Made by a program: the position numbers and the translations under genes | Part shown: positions 26,544 through 29,653 of the stretch, piece after piece | Numbering within the stretch: the first letter of the stretch is position 1 | Layout of the letters: every line of letters begins with the position of its first letter | Source of the DNA: Polyangiaceae bacterium | GTDB lineage: Bacteria > Myxococcota_A > Polyangia > Polyangiales > Polyangiaceae | Reading direction: 5' to 3' | Assembly: GCA_033763455.1 (NCBI GenBank) | Contig: JANRKO010000091.1 | Coordinates: 1 to 29,653, forward strand | Length of the DNA stretch: 29,653 nucleotides | Notes under the pieces: model-generated | What the model was told of the DNA's origin: nothing | Seen by the model: the letters and a program-made list of their open reading frames with translations, nothing else | Databases searched by the model: none

Positions 26544-28736
26544 ATGCTCTTTGGTCTCGTCGCACTGACCGTTTTGTTGGTTGCCTGGCGAGCAGAACGG
26601 GTTGGGCCAAGTACGGAGCCGTCGCCCGCCTGTCAGCAACCACGGCGCCGCGATTTCTTACTCTGTGGCGCGCTGCTCATGTTGGGCAACGTAACAGCAC
26701 TCGTGATGATGCCTCCCTTCGTGCGGCAAGTCTTCGCCCAGGGCGATGCGTACACCCACGCCCACGTCATAGCCGAGCTTGCCCGTTCTGGCTTTAGCAC
26801 GGGCTGGTTGGACTCCTACCAAGGAGGCTTTCCGCTTGGCCACCACTACCCACCACTTGGGTGGCTGGCTGGGGCTTCGCTAGTCTGGCTCGGGTTGGAT
26901 GCCACCCGTGCTATGGCGCTCGTGGGAGGCGGCTGCTGGCTCGCGACACAACTATTGGTATTCGGGTTTGCAGCACGTGCAGGAGCGCGTCTAGTTAACG
27001 CCGGTATCGGAGCTTTTGCTCTCGGTATTGTGTCCCCCTACAATGGCTTCGTGGGGGGCCTGGATACCTTTTGGGTAACTGGCCTTTTTGCGCAATCTGT
27101 GGGTGTTTGTTTGTCCGTCTGGATGGCAGGGGTTGTCATCACCTCGCGCACCGCCGCTTCCGCGCTACTCGTTGCACCGCTCGCGATGGCTGGGCACCCG
27201 CAGGTATGCGTGTCCGCCCTGGGCGTGCTCGGCCTCGTAGCGCTCACTTCGGGTAACTCACGCACAAGACGCAACGCACTCGGGGCCACGCTGGGCGCTC
27301 TCATCGCAGGCGCTGCGCTCTATGGGCAGGGCATTTTTACCCTGAACCCGCCGTTTGGGTGGCCAGCCTTGAAGCAATGGGCGCGCATTGGGTTTGGAAC
27401 ACGCCACTTGAGCGCGTGGCTCCTCGACGGAGAACTCTTGGACCTCCATCGGGCGCCTTGGCTCAGCTCATTAACGTTCGGCGCGCTGCTGATTTCGTCC
27501 TTGTTCTGGCGCAATCGGCTCGCGCGGATGGGCCTTGCTGCCTTTGTGCTCACACTGACCGTGGCGTGCATCGGCCCCTTGCTGGATTCTGGACCGTTCA
27601 CGCGCGTGCTTCTGGAGTTCGCTCAACCGCTCAGAGCTCTCGCCGTTGTTCCCGTTATGGTGAGCGTACTCATCGTCATCGCCCTCGAACTCTCAGCGCC
27701 ACCACTCAGGTCGATTTTCCTGGGAGGGCGAGCCCATTCCCGGATCCATGCAACCCTCTCTCGATGGGCGGCACCGAGCTTTGCCTTCATCTGGTTGGTT
27801 CCGTGTTTGGTCAACACGTGGCAACGCTTCGAGCCCATCCGCGCGGTGCTTGCCAGGATCTCCGACAGAAGTTCCTGCGCGGAAAAGACCCCTGAGGATT
27901 TCGACGCCGTGATGCAAAAGCTGCCGGGCCTTTCGGGTGGTCGGCTCTGGGTGAAGCCAACCGATCGAACGCTCCATCGCTGCGCAGAATCGGTGCCCTA
28001 TGAAATAGCGAGCGGCGTGCCGATTGCCGCAACCAACGCCGTGGGTGCACACGTGGGCGTATTGTGGGCCGCTTATCATAGCTTCGAGCCGCAAGCAGAT
28101 GATGCATGGCTGCAAGCGAAGGCCTTGGGAATTGGCTATGTTTTGCTTGAAAAACCGCTCCTGTCTCCACACTACAGGAGGCTCGCAGGGGGGCGCGACC
28201 TGTACCTCTATGCGCTCGAACCAGCTTCATCTGTGCTCGAAGTGGGCTGTGTGTCAGAAGAATGGTCTGGCCCACAGGCACTGGTGGGCAAAGAGGTTAT
28301 GTCAGGTCTTTCGAGCAAACACTCGGCACACCTTCTCAATCCTGACAAGCTCGTACGGCTCGCGTTCACGGCTGCCCCCTTCAGAAAGACGCCAATACGC
28401 GATGAATGCAACACTTCGGGCGCAAGTGTGCGGTTGATGCACCAGGCCCCAGGGCACATTCTTGGGCAAATCGAAGCCCCCACGAAACCTGTAGTGGTGG
28501 TGGCGCATGTGAGCGCCTTCCCTTCCTGGAAAGTCACGCTGGATGGGAAACCAAGTCCTTGGTTCCAGGTTGCTCCGGGATTTGTGGCTGTGTCGGTTTC
28601 CCCTGGCAAGCATCTTGTGGAATTTCGCGGAGGTACCCTCCCCTACTATCCTGCACTTCTCGGCGGCGCCGCCGCGCTGCTTTTGGGCTTAGCGTGGTTC
28701 GAACACAGATGGCGCCCCCGAAGCACCAGCCCTTAG
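26544..28736 (+). CDS. Polytopic membrane protein, YfhO / PTPS-related GT-C-like family
   Basis: GDAYTH, GFPLGHHYPPLG, many TM helices, and C-terminal FPSWKVTLDG...VSVSPGKHLVEF. Start uncertain. Confidence 0.7.
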   Translation: MLFGLVALTVLLVAWRAERVGPSTEPSPACQQPRRRDFLLCGALLMLGNVTALVMMPPFVRQVFAQGDAYTHAHVIAELARSGFSTGWLDSYQGGFPLGHHYPPLGWLAGASLVWLGLDATRAMALVGGGCWLATQLLVFGFAARAGARLVNAGIGAFALGIVSPYNGFVGGLDTFWVTGLFAQSVGVCLSVWMAGVVITSRTAASALLVAPLAMAGHPQVCVSALGVLGLVALTSGNSRTRRNALGATLGALIAGAALYGQGIFTLNPPFGWPALKQWARIGFGTRHLSAWLLDGELLDLHRAPWLSSLTFGALLISSLFWRNRLARMGLAAFVLTLTVACIGPLLDSGPFTRVLLEFAQPLRALAVVPVMVSVLIVIALELSAPPLRSIFLGGRAHSRIHATLSRWAAPSFAFIWLVPCLVNTWQRFEPIRAVLARISDRSSCAEKTPEDFDAVMQKLPGLSGGRLWVKPTDRTLHRCAESVPYEIASGVPIAATNAVGAHVGVLWAAYHSFEPQADDAWLQAKALGIGYVLLEKPLLSPHYRRLAGGRDLYLYALEPASSVLEVGCVSEEWSGPQALVGKEVMSGLSSKHSAHLLNPDKLVRLAFTAAPFRKTPIRDECNTSGASVRLMHQAPGHILGQIEAPTKPVVVVAHVSAFPSWKVTLDGKPSPWFQVAPGFVAVSVSPGKHLVEFRGGTLPYYPALLGGAAALLLGLAWFEHRWRPRSTSP

Positions 28737-29516
28737 GAAAAATCTTCAATACGCCACTCATCGCGCCAGCGCATCGTCAAGCTATCTCCGTTAAACTCAA
28801 GCGGTAGCCACACGTACCGAGAGTCCGCAACATTGTCCTTATTCCAGCGATCCGCGATAGCGATGAACAAGTTCTTCTTGTGTGGATGCGCAAAAATCGA
28901 TGATACCTGAGAATCAAAGGTTGTTCGCTTCGTGTCGCCCACGCACGGGTCCCCTTGGGAAACCCAAGGCCCATGCACCAAGGGAGCGAGTGCGTAATCG
29001 CACGGATTGGGGTTGTACCCGGTGGTGCCAGAAGTAACCAAGAAGTAACGATGCCCAACTTTACAAAAAGCCGGAGCTTCTCGTGTTAACGGCGGCCCCG
29101 GAAAGGGTAGGTGGCTGGAATAGAACCCCGTTACGTCCATGAAATCTGGGGTTAGATCGGCAACAATGAGCTCGGTGTGCACGCGCTCAAAGATAATGTA
29201 CCCCTTGCCGTCGCGCGGATCCTGATAGAGGTCGAAATCCCCCGAATTCATGCCCAGCGGGTGCAACGTTTTCTCAAGCGTAAACGGCCCGACAATAGCG
29301 TCTGCAGTCGCAACCCCCATGTACTGGGTCTCCCAGGCGCCCGGGGCCGCCGTGGTGCCGGCGAACTTGACCCACATGACGAACTTCTTCGTACGCGCAT
29401 TATACAGAACGTGTGGACGATCCATGATGCGCGTGGGGTGCAGCGGATGCGAAGCGTCGCCGTCCACGGCTGGAAGAATCACCCCTTCATCTTTCCAGGT
29501 GTAGAGGTCTTTCGAT
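28733..29516 (-). pseudogene. 3' part of a GH43 glycoside hydrolase (exo-beta-1,3-galactanase-like clade), interrupted at 29516
   Basis: The frame extends upstream of the track start as SKDLYTWKDEGVILP, then continues DRPHVLYN, SGDFDLYQD, REAPA, SGTTGY, ADRW and YVWLP. The N-terminal part is absent. Confidence 0.85.
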
Positions 29517-29653
29517 GTGCGTCACGAAGCTGCAGCTGACCAGCGGGTGCCGGCCTGGAGACGATCCGGGTCGAAGTCTCGTCAGCGGAAATACCGAAAG
29601 GTCGTTGTATCGAGTCTTGCGTCTTGCATCGCGAGGTGCCGGGCGAAGCGTAG
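29517..29653 (+). mobile_element. 5' end (domain I) of a group II intron, cut by the window edge
   Basis: Starts GTGCG exactly where GH43 homology stops. Stems GCTGAC/GTCAGC and GAGAC/GTCTC; GNRA hairpins ACC-GAAA-GGT and GCATC-GCGA-GGTGC; GAGTCTTGCG...CGAAGCGTAG domain Ic-like motif. Confidence 0.8.

Noticed and set aside
2348..28281. Many long overlapping or antisense ORFs in the track (e.g. 2348..3079, 5987..6643, 16010..16879, 17709..18422, 23974..24633)
   Set aside because: Shadow frames of well-supported genes in GC-rich DNA with no recognisable motifs.

Overview
GC-rich bacterial window, most consistent with a Polyangiaceae-type myxobacterium. This is inferred from the Gly-rich-linker lipoproteins and gene content, not from a marker gene. 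Both ends are mobile-element scars. On the left, the 3' tail of an IS91-like transposase is fused tail-to-tail with a truncated msrA. On the right, the 5' end of a group II intron starts at 29517 (GTGCG) and sits antisense inside a GH43 gene. Between them lie, in order: (1) a small defence-like island with a membrane KAP NTPase, a DUF4258/DUF2283-like pair and a Zn-ribbon membrane protein; (2) three hypothetical genes; (3) a homogentisate (Tyr/Phe) catabolic cluster, fahA-maiA then hppD-hmgA, split by two lipoprotein genes; (4) an FGE-sulfatase-domain lipoprotein; (5) a PlpX/splicease-like radical SAM-SPASM enzyme with a Zn-ribbon/lipobox partner that has YR where YG is expected; (6) GH55-like and GH8 lipoproteins, an amidohydrolase, mutL-miaA and a YfhO-like membrane protein. 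All family calls come from motif recognition by eye; no database searches or folding computations were run.
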